Assembly: GCF_000142905.1 (NCBI RefSeq)
Contig: NW_013657650.1
Coordinates: forward strand, 268,420 to 332,419
Direction: 5' to 3'
Source: Thecamonas trahens ATCC 50062
Taxonomy: Eukaryota; Protista; Apusomonadida
DNA: 64,000 nucleotides
Shown one piece after another: positions 43,414 through 55,327 of the stretch. Position numbers and translations under genes: made by a program. Position 1 is the stretch's first letter. The number at the start of each line of letters is the position of its first letter. The notes beneath the pieces were generated by a model that saw only the letters and a list, made by a program, of their open reading frames with translations, did not search any database and had not been told where the DNA came from.

Positions 43414-44442
43414 ATGCTATGGGCGTCTCCTGGGCTTGCTGCCCGGCGCAATACCCGTAATGTCACCCGTCTGCTTGACCTGTACACACGACCTGAAGAC
43501 GGAACACGGAGAGAGGCCGACGACGACCTGGCATCACCTCGGACAGACATGGCTCGGCGGAAGACTCGGAAGATCGCACTCAAGTCAAAGAAGCTGAGGG
43601 CAAAGGCTCTGCTCTCGGCGGAAGAAGCGGCTCATTTGGCTGGAGAATCGCCAGAGTGGGCTGAGATCATCGCGCCCTCGGCGAGCGGCCGGAAGGGCGG
43701 CCAGGATGGTCATCTCGCTGGCGCTCGCTTCCGGGCAAAGTGGGCTGATACTCGCGGTGGTCATGGTGATCATGACTCTGCTGCTGACCGCCAGAAGAAG
43801 AGCGCAGTGCGCCATGCGCCGCGTGATGGTGTGCCGCTCTCCAACAGGCAGATTGTGTTTATGCATCACATGCAGCGCCGGCTGAGCGCTCTTCTCGGCG
43901 ACGGATCGGTCAAGGACGCCGATCTCCGCGACGCACGTGTCGACGTGCTCGATGTTGAAGTGACTCGGGACCGCCGCCGGGCTCGTGTTCTTTGGGACTA
44001 TGCGCCTGATCCGGGCGCAGATGATGCTCCCAGCCGCGAAACGGTGGAGACTGCCCTCCTCCGCGCCGCGCCCTACATCCGCTCACTCCTCTCCGAGAGC
44101 CTCACCACCCGCCACGTTCCCGAGCTCGTCTTTGTTCACGACACCCGCCCTGCCGAGGAGGACGAGGTCGATGCCCTGGCTGCCGCCGGTCTCCCTACCG
44201 ATCTCGCTGCCGAGCTGACAACCGCTATGCCGACCCTCGAGTCGCTGCTCGCCGACGACGAGGACGCGTCGCAGGCCGCCGACATGGCCCATGCCATGGC
44301 CGCCGACCCGTGGATGTTCGAGGGCGCGCCCACCGGTGGTGCGGCAGAGCTTGCGCCTGCTGACGACGACGCCGGCAACGCCGTCGACACAGCCGACAGC
44401 ACACCTGCCCCCGGCCCAACGCCAACGCAGCGCTGGGAGTGA
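43414..44442 (+). CDS. RBFA: Ribosome-binding factor A-like protein (probably mitochondrial); start uncertain
   Basis: VLDVEVTRDRRRARVLW...ALLRAAPYIRSLL...L..RHVPELVFVHD matches the RbfA signature. Confidence 0.8.
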   Translation: MLWASPGLAARRNTRNVTRLLDLYTRPEDGTRREADDDLASPRTDMARRKTRKIALKSKKLRAKALLSAEEAAHLAGESPEWAEIIAPSASGRKGGQDGHLAGARFRAKWADTRGGHGDHDSAADRQKKSAVRHAPRDGVPLSNRQIVFMHHMQRRLSALLGDGSVKDADLRDARVDVLDVEVTRDRRRARVLWDYAPDPGADDAPSRETVETALLRAAPYIRSLLSESLTTRHVPELVFVHDTRPAEEDEVDALAAAGLPTDLAAELTTAMPTLESLLADDEDASQAADMAHAMAADPWMFEGAPTGGAAELAPADDDAGNAVDTADSTPAPGPTPTQRWE

Positions 44443-44450
44443 CTGTTGCC

Positions 44451-45371
44451 TCAGAGCGCGAGACCGAGGCGCGTGGCCCGCTCAGGATCGGCCCGAAGAC
44501 CGGCGTAGGCGTCGGCGGTGTGGCGGACGATGTCGAGGGCGGCAGCGGCATCACGGATAGTGCCGTCCCACAGCAGCTCGTTGACCGGCTTGCCCTCGGC
44601 GGTCTTGTAGTTGCGGTACCAGTCGATGATGTCGGCCTGAACCTCTGCTGGTACGTCGTCGATGTCGGACCATCCGCGCCGGGCAGCCTCGCTCGCCCGG
44701 AGGGTGATGACCTTGTAGTCGAGCTCACCCTCGTCAACCAGACCGAGGACGCCGAGGACCCGGGCCGGAACCACCGCGCCCAGGGGAAGGGCGCCATCCG
44801 AGAGCTCAACCACATCGAGCGGGTCGTTATCGCCGGCGTAGCCATGGTACGACACCTCGGGATCCTCCCAGGTCCGTGGAATGGCACCGTAGTTAAAGCC
44901 CATGACACCGTTCTTGTACTTCAAATGGCGGACCGAACCATCGCTGTTGGTGTCGGGGCTAATGGGATTGCCGGCCACATCAGTCGCCACCTCCATCTTG
45001 ACGGTCAGACCACGAGGGATCTCCACCACCACGTTGACCACACCATCATCGAGTTGGCCAAGAGAAGGGCCATGCCACCATGATCCGTCGCAACCAACTT
45101 CCGATCTGTTCTTCTCCAACTCAAATCCATCGCTTCCAGCTCCTGCTGTCCCCGCCCGACGCACCGCATACTCCTTGTCCACCACAGCGGCCGGTTGATG
45201 CGGTGCGGCCAGCGGCGAGTGCCATACGGGTACACCCACCGGAGCATGCTCACGCTTCACACGCCCTGGTGAGCCAGCAGGGTGACTGTCGCTTGCTACG
45301 TTGCGGCTGCCACAGAGCGCAATGGTCGGACGAATGGTCCGGAGGACGGCAATTCGAGCTGTTGTCAGCAT
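44451..45371 (-). CDS. Family I inorganic pyrophosphatase, probably mitochondrial
   Basis: VVEIPRG..KMEV....NPI.PD, NYGAIPRTWEDP, GDNDPLDVVE, DEGELDYKVI, WYRNYKTAEGKP; Arg-rich presequence. Confidence 0.92.
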   Translation of the reverse strand: MLTTARIAVLRTIRPTIALCGSRNVASDSHPAGSPGRVKREHAPVGVPVWHSPLAAPHQPAAVVDKEYAVRRAGTAGAGSDGFELEKNRSEVGCDGSWWHGPSLGQLDDGVVNVVVEIPRGLTVKMEVATDVAGNPISPDTNSDGSVRHLKYKNGVMGFNYGAIPRTWEDPEVSYHGYAGDNDPLDVVELSDGALPLGAVVPARVLGVLGLVDEGELDYKVITLRASEAARRGWSDIDDVPAEVQADIIDWYRNYKTAEGKPVNELLWDGTIRDAAAALDIVRHTADAYAGLRADPERATRLGLAL

Positions 45372-45535
45372 GCGGGGCGATGGGGAGGGAGGGGGGAGTT
45401 GGGTCTGTCGGTCTGTCGCGTTGCCGGCGGGCTGCGGGCGGCGATGACCAGAGGCAGGCGCGGGCGGCCGGACGAACCAGTGGTTGTGACCCTTGTATGT
45501 TATTCTCTCATGGCACAATTGAAACGTTTCGGCTT

Positions 45536-48500
45536 CTATTGGAGGAGGAACGCGCCTTGGCCCTCCTCGATGGCGTAGAGAACCTTTTCGCGGAGCTGGT
45601 CGTAGGAGCGGTACTGCGGGAGGTCAATGCGAAGGAAGCAGGTGTGGCCGATGGGGAGAGCGTCGGTCGGCCCACGCTTGTGGTCGATGGTGAACTTGGC
45701 CTTGCCGTTTGAGCCGTACATCTCGCCAAAGCCACCGAGCGGGACTTTGGTGGTGCCGGTGGCAAACTGGAGCAGGCGTGCCCGCTGCTCGTTATCGAAC
45801 GAGTACACGGCTTGCCAGAACCACTGGATGACCTGGTGGTCGGCCGAGTACGGCGAGCGGTAGTCGGTGTTGCGCCGCCAGTCGCCGACGTCGAGCTCGC
45901 AGAGGCCTGAGATGAGGAACTCGACCTCGTTCTCGTCAAAGACCTGGAGGAGTGACGGGTCAAAGACGTGCGAGATGCCTTCGCGAAGGGCGGTCATCTG
46001 CTCGTCGACGCAGCCAGAGAGTTTCCAGTGGGTAACGAGGCGGATGTACTCGGCCTTGTTCTCGTCGGTCACGTCGATGTTGCGTCCGTTGGGGATGAGG
46101 TCGACGACCTCCTTGGCACCAAAGTTGTCCATTTCCACTGAGAACGTCTCGTACAGGATGTACTCGATCTCGTTCTCGGACATCCACTTGAGCGACTGAT
46201 AGAACTCGGGATCGTACGCCTGCATGTCCTGCAGCGTGATCGGCCGCTGCAGAAGGTGCTTGTAGAACGCCCGCGTGAAGAACGCGTCCATGAGCTTCGA
46301 GTTAAGGATGGCGAGCGCAATCATCCGCCCCACAAACGTGTAGTACTCGAGGTGGTTGCCCACCACCACTGCCGAGTTCTTGTTGATTTGCAGCGTGTAC
46401 GCATCGTTCGCCGAGTATTCAAACAGTCCGTAGTACGGGTTGAACATGTCCACAGACAAGTCCACAAAGTACTCGCGCGAGAGCCCACCGTAGTCGAGCC
46501 CGGCCTCGCCGTCGTACGTGACCCGGAACCTCTTGGTCAGTTGCGAAGCCGGCTTCTTCATCACCTCCACGAACGAGTCCTCGAACAGGTGCCCACGCCG
46601 GACCTTGATCATCACCTCGCCCGACGTCGACCGCAGCTGCGCCCGGAACGTGTCGACCTTGCGTGCAAAGTCGCGCGCGTACCGCGGCGTCGGCTTCTTC
46701 GACTTGGATCCCGACGCCACACGCGGATCGTCCCAAGTCGTTGTCCGCGTGTTGTGGTCGATGAAAAAGACCACACCCTCGGGTGTCCGACGCGCCTCCC
46801 ACCCAGCCGGCAGCGGCCGCTGCGCGCGGTAGCCCGGCAGCGCAGGCGCCTCAACCCGCTCGAACCGCGATGAGCCGCCGCTGCTGCCCGCTCTCCCATC
46901 GTCGTCTGCGGCGCCGCTTCGCTGCGCACGCCTTGCTGCCACTGCCGCGCGCACCACTTCGCGCGGAAGCGTCCAGTGCGTCGTGCGCCCCGCGTGGTTG
47001 ATGTAGAATCGCCGGCCTTCGGCAGTCTGGCCAACCTCCCACTCGCCGGCCGGCAGAAAGTCGTCGAGGCACGCCATGGCTTCGGCGCCGCCCTGCATGA
47101 TGGCGTCGACCTCGTCGCGCTCGCTCTGTGCCGGATCGTCATCGGCCTCGATAGCCGGGAACGCAGGTCCCGAGCCGTCGTCAGCCAGCCCTCGTGGGTC
47201 TTCCCACGTCGTTGTCCGTGTGTTGTGGTCAATAAAGAAGATACGCCCGTCGGCGGTTGACGCTTGCTCCCAACCTGCCGGCAGTGGCCGGCCCTGAGCC
47301 GACGGCGTCGGCAGCGACGATGTCGACAGAGCTCCGCCGGCCGCCCCGCCGGCCAACGACCCGCCTCCCGACTCGGGCATCGAGAGGTAGAGCCCATGCG
47401 GCGGGCCACTCGAGTCGGCATCGCCTCGTGTGCTCGCACCATCCGCAGACGCCGCTCCGTCGCCGTCACCGTCGTCGCCAGCCGCGCTAGTGTCATCGGT
47501 CGCTGCAGAGCCGTCGCCGTCGACAGCGGCAGCGAGGTCAGTGATAGGCCCATCAAACGAGAATGAGTCGGCCGGGTCGAGCGCCGGATGTGCGGTCGGA
47601 ACTGCCAGCCGGCGCGAGAGGAACTGCGCCCTCCGGCGCTCACGCTCTGTCTCCCGAGTCTCGCCGTCAGCATCGGCTGGCAGAACGGGGCGAGTCCAAG
47701 TTGTGGCCCGAGTTGTGTGGTTGATGTAGTACGCACGGCCCGAGCCGTCGACCCGGCGGCCCCAGCCCGGCGGCAGCTCAGCCTCAACATCGGCCTCGGC
47801 AGCTCGCAAGTTCAGCCGCGCTTCGAGCATCTCCATCAATGCCCGTTCGCGAATGTTGAGCATCGGCGGCGTCGAGTCAATCGACGACGTCATGGACTCG
47901 ACCACATGCGACACGTCCAGCACCAGCCGCCCGGCCTCCTGTCGGACCGGCACCGGCGTGGACACGCCCAGCTGCGAGTGCTCACGCGGCTCGCCGCGTC
48001 CCGGAACCACCAACTGGGCTGGGCCACTGGCGGCGGCACTCTCGCCGACGTCACCTTCGTCGGAAGCCATCGCGCGGACTTCGATGTCGTTGCCGTCGTC
48101 GTCGCCACCGCCGTCGGACCACGACCCACCGTCGGCCTCGGACGTCACGTCGGCGCCGTCGACGCTGACTGGTGGGATACGCAGACTCGCGCCAGCAACA
48201 GGTGTTGCGGGCGGGGTGGCATAGTTGGCGTTCGAGTCCGAGTCCGAGTCCGAGTCAGAGTCCGAGTCCGAGTCAGACGTCGAGGAGGAGGAAGACGACG
48301 ACGACGATGTTGATGACGACAAAGGTCCGGTGCGAGTCGGCGGCACCGACACGCCCAGCGCCGGCGCAGTCGGCCGCTCAAACTGACTCTCGCGGCTCAC
48401 AGTGTTGACATAGAATGGGTGGCCATCGGCAGAGCTGGCCAGCTCCCAGCCGGCAGGCAAGGCGTCGCCGGCGTCGGCCAGAACAGTCTCGGCCGGATGG

Positions 48501-49757
48501 AGCCATTGGAAAGTGCGCGAGTCCTCATGGATGTAGTAGACTTCACCAGTTGTGACATGAATGCGGCGGACCCAGCCCGGCGGAAGAGGGGTGTCGGAGA
48601 CGTCGCCGGCCGGCGGCGACGAGGCGGCTGCGGCGCGCTCGGCGGCGCGCTCCTCGGCAATAATCGGATTGGCGAGGAGCGCGGCCGAGTGGGCGGCGTC
48701 GGGTGCAGCCATGAGGGCCGAGACCTTGCCCGAGGTGGTACCGAGCGCAAGGGCGGCAAGGCTTGGGTCGGCACGCGAGGCGGCGGCGGACGACGAGGCG
48801 CTGGTCGAAGCCATCGACGCGGCGCCAATACCGTCGAGCGCCTCGAGGTCGACAAAGCAAAACTGGAGGTGGACGGCGCCACGGATACGGGCGGCGGGTG
48901 TGGAGGTATCTGTAGGGTCGTGCTCGAGGTTGAACCAAGCGTCCCAGGCCGGGGTGACGCCGGCCTCGAGCGAGGAGATGGCGAGCATGACGTCGCGGAC
49001 CGGGACGTTGACGCGGCCCATAAAGTCGTCCTTGCGGCCGCGATCTTTGTCGTACATGCGCAACGAGAGGACGGACGAGGCCTCGACTGAGAAGAGAAAC
49101 GTCTCGTTCCACACCGGATCGAGGGTCTTCTTGCACACTCGGGTCTTGACTCGCTCAAAGCCTGTAGAGAGGATGCAGTACGGGTCCGATGCGCCAAAAA
49201 AGTCCATCTTTGCCAGCTCGCGGCCGGCGAGGACTTTGACGCCCATGACCATAGAAGCAGACATGAAAGCAGCCGAAGCCAGCGAGGACGGGCCTGCCGA
49301 GCCCACGGAAGCATAGTCGGCATCGAGCGAGACAGCAGCATCCGCATCAGCAGCAGCGGCTGGGGCAAAGAACAGCTCTTCCGGCCCATCTCTCTGCCAA
49401 TGCTTGGTGACATCCATGACGAGCTCCTCATGGTTGATGCGTCGACAGAGAGCCTTTGTGGCGGCATCCCGAACAAACAGTCCATAATCACTGGCATGTG
49501 CTTCCGTCAGTGAGCACTTCCACGCAAGCAGTCGCACGAGCTCGGCGGCAGACGTCGTCGACTTGATCGGCAGCGTCTTGAACGTCTCATTGGGAAGGTA
49601 GACCTTGACCAATGACTAAGGTGAGGCGGGGGGGGGGGGGGGTGAGTGGTGACGAGGGTGACGAGGGTCCTTTTCCCTTTCCCTGGGTATGCATGTGTGT
49701 GTAGGGGGAGTATGTGCTGCTGCTGGGGGGCTGGAGTGTACGTACCCGTGTTGCCAT
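45536..49757 (-). CDS. NEDD4-family HECT E3 ligase with extra N-terminal RA/ubiquitin-like domain (RA-C2-6xWW-HECT); intron 49616-49745
   Basis: C2 ([30 protein letters not shown]), six WW domains, HECT ([37 protein letters not shown]); phase-0 intron gives MATR|SLVKVYLP. Confidence 0.92.
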
Positions 49758-50365
49758 GCTCTGCCTCCTCGCCACAGACGAATGTTGTTGTGTGGTTTGT
49801 GTCACAATCAGTCGGCGGATGGGTGTCCTTGTGGTGGTTGTGTCCGGCACATGATATCCCCCCTCGCGGCATCTTCTATCACACTCCTCACATTGTCTAG
49901 CGCAAGAATGCTCCATCCTCCAGGTGGCTCCGATAGATGAGCATTTGACGAGGGTTACACAGTCCAGACGCCGGCTCGCCGCCTCTGGTAAAGACGATGT
50001 CGAAAAGGCGATCGCTGATCAAAAACACAGCGTACTTCTGTTCTGTTACTTCTTAGCTGATCAACTCGCTCTCCCCATCCTTCGTCCCCCTGCTATCCAG
50101 CGACGGGGATCTGGATCTTGTCCGCTACCACGTGGCGTCGGACAACCTTCACATGGCCGAGCATATCGACAAGACGACCGGCGCCCAGATCTCGGCCACA
50201 ACCCCTCGTGGTCATACGCGGCGACGATGGCGGCCGTGGCACACCGGCCGGCATTCACAACGGCGAACGACGACAAGGCGATGTGGTGTCGGCTTGGCTG
50301 GGCACGTATGGGGCTGGGGGAGCATTTTTGTTTTAACACCAGACGCCAGCTCAACGGCCGGCCGC

Positions 50366-53300
50366 CTACCCGTCGCTCTCGTCGAGATCGACGACCTGGC
50401 CAGGCTTGGACATGTCGATAAACTTGGACATCTCAAAATCAGCGCCGAAGCGCTGGCGAAGGCGGGCCTCGGCCTCCTTGAGCTCGAGGTTCTGCAGCTC
50501 GATCTCGTCGACGTCGTCAAACTCGTCAAACTCGTCGTAGAGGTCGAGGTCGTTGGCGGAGATGTAGTCCTGAACGACGCGCTGGGCAAAGGTGTGCGAC
50601 CAGAGAGAAACGCAGTCGACCGAGTGGGCGCGAGTGAAGATGCCGTGGCCGCGACGGCAGGAAAAGTAGACCTGGTCGTCGACTGAGCCGTTGTTGTGGC
50701 CGTGCGGCTCGTCGAGCTCGACACCGATCCAGTTGCCGGCCTCAAAGTGAGTCGGCCCGATGTAGCGGACGCGGCCAAGGTGGCCCTCCCAGTCGACCAT
50801 GTCGCCAAAGCCGAGCGGCTTGTCAAACTCGGCGTCGTTGAAGAGGTCTGAGCGCTGAGCCGGGTCGCGGGAGAGGACATGGACCATGTCGGCGCGGACA
50901 AAGAGGCCGTGGCCCTGGGTGCACTCAAAGAAGCGCTCGCCCATGCACCAGCCGGAAGAGCCGGGGGTGTCGCCGACGACGACGTCGGCCTCGATGCCGA
51001 GCCACTCGCCCGAGGCGTAGAACGGGAGCGGACCAACGTACTTGACGGTGGCCTTGATGTCGCCAAACTTGACGCGGATGCCGGTGAGGGCGGCGGTGGG
51101 CGCCTTTGCGAGTGCCTCTGCAGCCGCGTTCTCGGCCTCGAGCACGGCCTTCTCCTCGGCCTCGAGCTGCTCGAGGTCCTCGAGCTCCTTGCGCTTCATC
51201 TGCTCCTCAAACTCGCGCTGCTCGGCCTCGATCTTCTCGACCTTTTCGCGCTCAACGCGCTTGAGACGCGCGGCCTGGCGGCGCTCCTCGGCGCGCTCGC
51301 GCTTGTGCATGATCTGCGAGCGGCGGGCCTCCTTCTTGGCATCGACTTCGGCCTGGAGCTCGGCCATCTTGCGCTCGAGCTCGAGGCGGCGGGCGGCCTC
51401 CTCCTCCTCGAGCTTGCGCTGGCGGGCGCGGGCGGCCTCCTCTTTCTTGCGGCGCTTGGCCTCGGCCTTTTCCCGGGCAACGCGGCGGCGTTCTTCCTCC
51501 TCGAGGCGCTTCTTCTCCTTGACCCAGTCAGTGACGCGCTTGGCGCGGTCGATCTTCTCCTGCGAGAGGGTGGCGAGGTTTGCGGCGATGGCAGCGGCGA
51601 GGATGTCAGCCTTGTCCTTGACCACGTCTGCGAGAGAGAGATCGTAGTCGTCGAGCGAGGGCTTGAGCGAGGCAAACTCGGCGTGCAGGGCGCGGGTGGC
51701 CTCCTCCATTTCCATCTCGGCCTGCTCGAGCTCGTGGATGCGGCCGCGCATGTTGGCAAGCTGATCGGCGGACCAGCCGGGCTCGCGGGTGTCATCGAGG
51801 AGCTCGGAGATGCGGGCCTTGACGGTCTCGACGGGCTCGGCAGCGACCTTGACGATCGAATCGGCCTTGCCACAGACCTTGGCCTTGAGGTCGAGGTGCT
51901 TCTTCTCCTCGGCGACGCGACGCTCCTCCTCCATCTCGGCCTGGATCTCGTCGGCAGACTTGCCGGTGGCTTGCATGCGGCGGAGCTTCTCCTCGTTCCA
52001 CAGGCGGACGTTCTCGTACTTTTCCTCGAGCTTGGGAATGGCCTGGACCATGAGGGTGGTTCGGTAGAGCGACTGGACGAGGAGCGCGGCGCGCTGCTTC
52101 ATCTTGAGAATCTCCTTGAGGCGGGCCTCGCGGGCGGCCTCTAGCTGGCCAAAGGCATAGTCCTTGAGAAAGATCATGGTGGTGCCCATGCGGTAGGGGA
52201 CACCATTGTTGGCGACCATCTCATCGTCGGCGTCGATGAACTTGTCGCAGAGGTAGACGGCCTGGGCCTCAAAGTCCATGCCGGCAAGCTCGTCGAGTGG
52301 GACGCAAATCTTGTAGCGCTCGACAAAGTCGCGCGGGCGGTTCTTGCGCGGATAGCCCATCTTGCGGATCTTGATGGTCTCGAGCATGCCGGCGCAGCGG
52401 AGCTGCTCGAGCGTCATGTCGTCCTCGAAAAACTTGGGCTTCTTCCGGCCGTTCGGCTTGATGGTCCGCACAAACAGCGCATCAGTGGCGGTGAGCTTAC
52501 CGATGAGCTCCTGCAGCGAGGACTGGAAGCGGCGGGCAACGGTCGGGTTGCGGTCGTCCGACTGCGGGGCGTAGTCAAGGATGGAGGCAATGAGCGGATT
52601 TGCACTCTTCTTGATGAGCTGGATGAGGTCGTCGGAGAGCTTGTCCTTGTTCTTGGCAAGCCAGTCCTGCGGGGCGTCGGGATCGTCCGATCCGATGGTG
52701 TACTGGACGGGGCCGGCGTAGTGGTGGAGGATGATGTCGGTCATGTCGGTCTTCCACTTGTCTTGCTTGGTGATCTTGTCGAGGTACTCGGAGCGATTCT
52801 CCCGAAAGTCGTAGTCCTTGTTGGGGTTGGGTTCCCAGTTTGCGCCCGAGCAGTGGGCCTGGAGTAGGCGGTCGCGGAACTGCTGCCAGGTTGTCGGCGG
52901 GCGCGGCTTGGAGCAGTCGTTCATGATGTCGATGATGCCGTCCTTCTCCTGAACGAGGGCAATGCAGAGGTCGTTGTTCTGGAAGCGGATGTCGTCGAGC
53001 GGGATGTTCTCGGCCTGGTAGATGGCCTTTTCCTGCTCAAAGATGTTGATGTTGAAAAAGTTTTGCAGCATCTCGTTGGCAAAGTTGATGCAAAACTGCT
53101 CAAAGTGGTTGTTGGGCAGCATGACCTTGGGCGCCTTGGGCGGGAGCGGGCGCGGCTTGTTGGTAAAGTGCTCAAAGCCAAAGATGTCGAGCACGCCGAT
53201 AAAGGCCGCGGGCTCCTCATCCGAGGCGATGGTCTCGTTGATGTGGGCGACGATCCAGTCAAACATGGCCGAGTACACGGCCTTGGCGAGCGCGTTGCGA

Positions 53301-54877
53301 TTGTTGATGGCGTCCTTGTAGTTGAAGAACGAGGTCGTCGCATTGCCGCCCATCATCAGCACCCGCTCGCGGAGCGCCTTGTCGAGGTCGTCCGGGTCGA
53401 TTTCGAGGCAATGCGAGGCGCCGGCGATGGCCTCGGGCGTGGTCACAGTCACTGAGTCCTCACCCTCAAACTGGACGTTGCCGATGTGGAGGACGGCGGC
53501 GCAGATCTTCCAGATAGTCTCCTGCGTCTCGGCGTCAAAGTTGAGCGTAGTCATGTGCTTCATGGTGATCTGGAAGACCTCGGCGTCGTCCATGATCTTC
53601 TTCATAAATGTCACGCCCGACTGGGCCAGGTAAAAGTAATCCTCGGGCACGGCGCTCAGCTTCCACTTGGCCATCCGCTCGTCCTCGGTGGTGCCGGCAA
53701 AGAGCTGGTAAAAGCAGTGGTAGTTGCGTTCTTCCTTGGACTGGGTCACCACGCGCGACTTTTCGAGCAGGTAGTGCTTGATCGATGCGCCCATGATCAT
53801 GCCCTCGTCGTCAAAGAGGACCTCGACAAACTTGCCGAACCGTGACGAGTTATGGTTGCGCATGGTCTTGGCGTTGCCAAACGTTTCGAGCATCTCGCCC
53901 GACGCCAGGATCTGGTTCTGCACCTCGGACTCGCGCCCGGTCACAAACGTAAGGTACTCGAGAATGTGGCCGGTCGTACGGTTTTGCCAGCGCCAGACTC
54001 ACCCGAGATGACCACAGACTGGTTGATGTGCTTGCCCTCGGCGCACCCGTCGCGGAGGTTGGCCACCATCGAGTTATACACGTGGTCCGCCGACGCAAAC
54101 GGGTGCGGCGGCATCGATGGGTCCAAGTCCTTGCCCTTGTACGCCTTCTTCTGCTGGAGCGTGGTGTACCCGAGGTCGCGGTACGGGTTGATGGCCACCA
54201 GAATGGTGCCCACAAAGGTGTAGATGAGATCGGCCTTGAACCGCATGCGCAGGTTGTGCAGCAGCGCGCCCTCGTGCAGATCCGACAGCTCAATCATGTT
54301 CTCCACGCCACTCACGCAGTTCTCCGCCATCTTCACCGCCTTGTACTTTGACGAGTCTGAGCAGACAACCTCCGTAACCTTGTGGCTCTCACCCGCAGGC
54401 GGGTCACCCAGCGCCAACCGAATCTTGACCTCGTCGTCGGTCACCACAGCGCATTCTCCTCCGAGGTACACCTCCTTGGAGTGCGGGTCCCGTGGCACGA
54501 CCCACACCCACTCACCCTGTATGTCTCCACCACAACCACCGTACGTACATGGCGCGTGTGAGTGTACATGGTGGGTCCGTGGGGGCAAAATTTGCCTCAA
54601 ACTCTCGTTGCCTCGCCCCTCCAACGGCAATGATGGTTGAGCTTCAATTGGGGGTGGGGAATAATCGTTGTGGCATTGATTAATGTTGTGTTGTTCAGGG
54701 GGGTTGCCATTGGCGATCGATCAACCTGGCGGAAGGGGGAGGAGGGGAGGGGGGGGGGGGGGGGGGGGACGGGTAGGCAGTATGGAAGGGGGGGAGGGGG
54801 AAAGGGGGGAAGGTGATGGGTGTGTGGGGGTAGAGCGTGGTGGGGGTGCGTACCTTGGAGAAGTCTCCAAAGGGCAT
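50366..54877 (-). CDS. Unconventional myosin: motor, IQ, coiled-coil/SAH, two CAP-Gly domains; intron 54517-54853; frameshift ~53977
   Basis: SGESGAGKT, LETFGNAKTMRNHNSSRFGKF, LDIFGFE, FEQFCINFANE, HYAG.V.Y, FVRTIKPN; tail has ATVKYVG..WLGIE..FFEC..GHGLFVR and GRVRYIG..WIGVELDEPHGHNNGSV...YFSC..GHGIF. Confidence 0.9.
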
Positions 54878-55327
54878 GTTGGTAGTGTGTAGAGTTGGGT
54901 GTGGGGGCGGTTGCGGGTGGGTGGCGGTGGGCGACGGTGGGTGGCGGTGGGTGGCGGTGGGTGGCAGGCAGGTGGCGGGGTAGCAGCGGGCGATGATGAA
55001 CGGTATTTGTTGAGTGTGGGGAGCTGATGGAGTGATGGATGCTCTGGTTAGATGCATATTGTGAAATGGAGGAGGTGGTGGGGGGTGCGAGCAGGAGGGG
55101 AGATTGCGGGGAAAATGCGAGCTAAGTTGGTAGAGCGCGGGCACGGGGAGGTGGCGGGTGCCTTCACGATGACGGCCAGTGCAGTGCAGAGAAGCAGAGA
55201 GCTGCTCATGGCCCATTGGGCAGGTTTGCCACGTGGATTCGGCATGGGATCAACGGTCGAGACAGAGCAAGCGCGGTAGAGACAAAAAAGTAAAGAGAGA
55301 GGAAGAGGCGTGCAAGCGAGAGCGCGA

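Noticed and set aside
49924-50421. 165-aa + strand ORF between the HECT and myosin genes
   Set aside because: Non-ATG start, no recognisable domain, overlaps the myosin 3' end; more likely UTR/promoter.
53941-54000. GTACGA after the myosin P-loop as an intron donor
   Set aside because: The following codons (TTGHILEYL) are needed motor sequence and no acceptor is nearby; a one-base deficit explains it.
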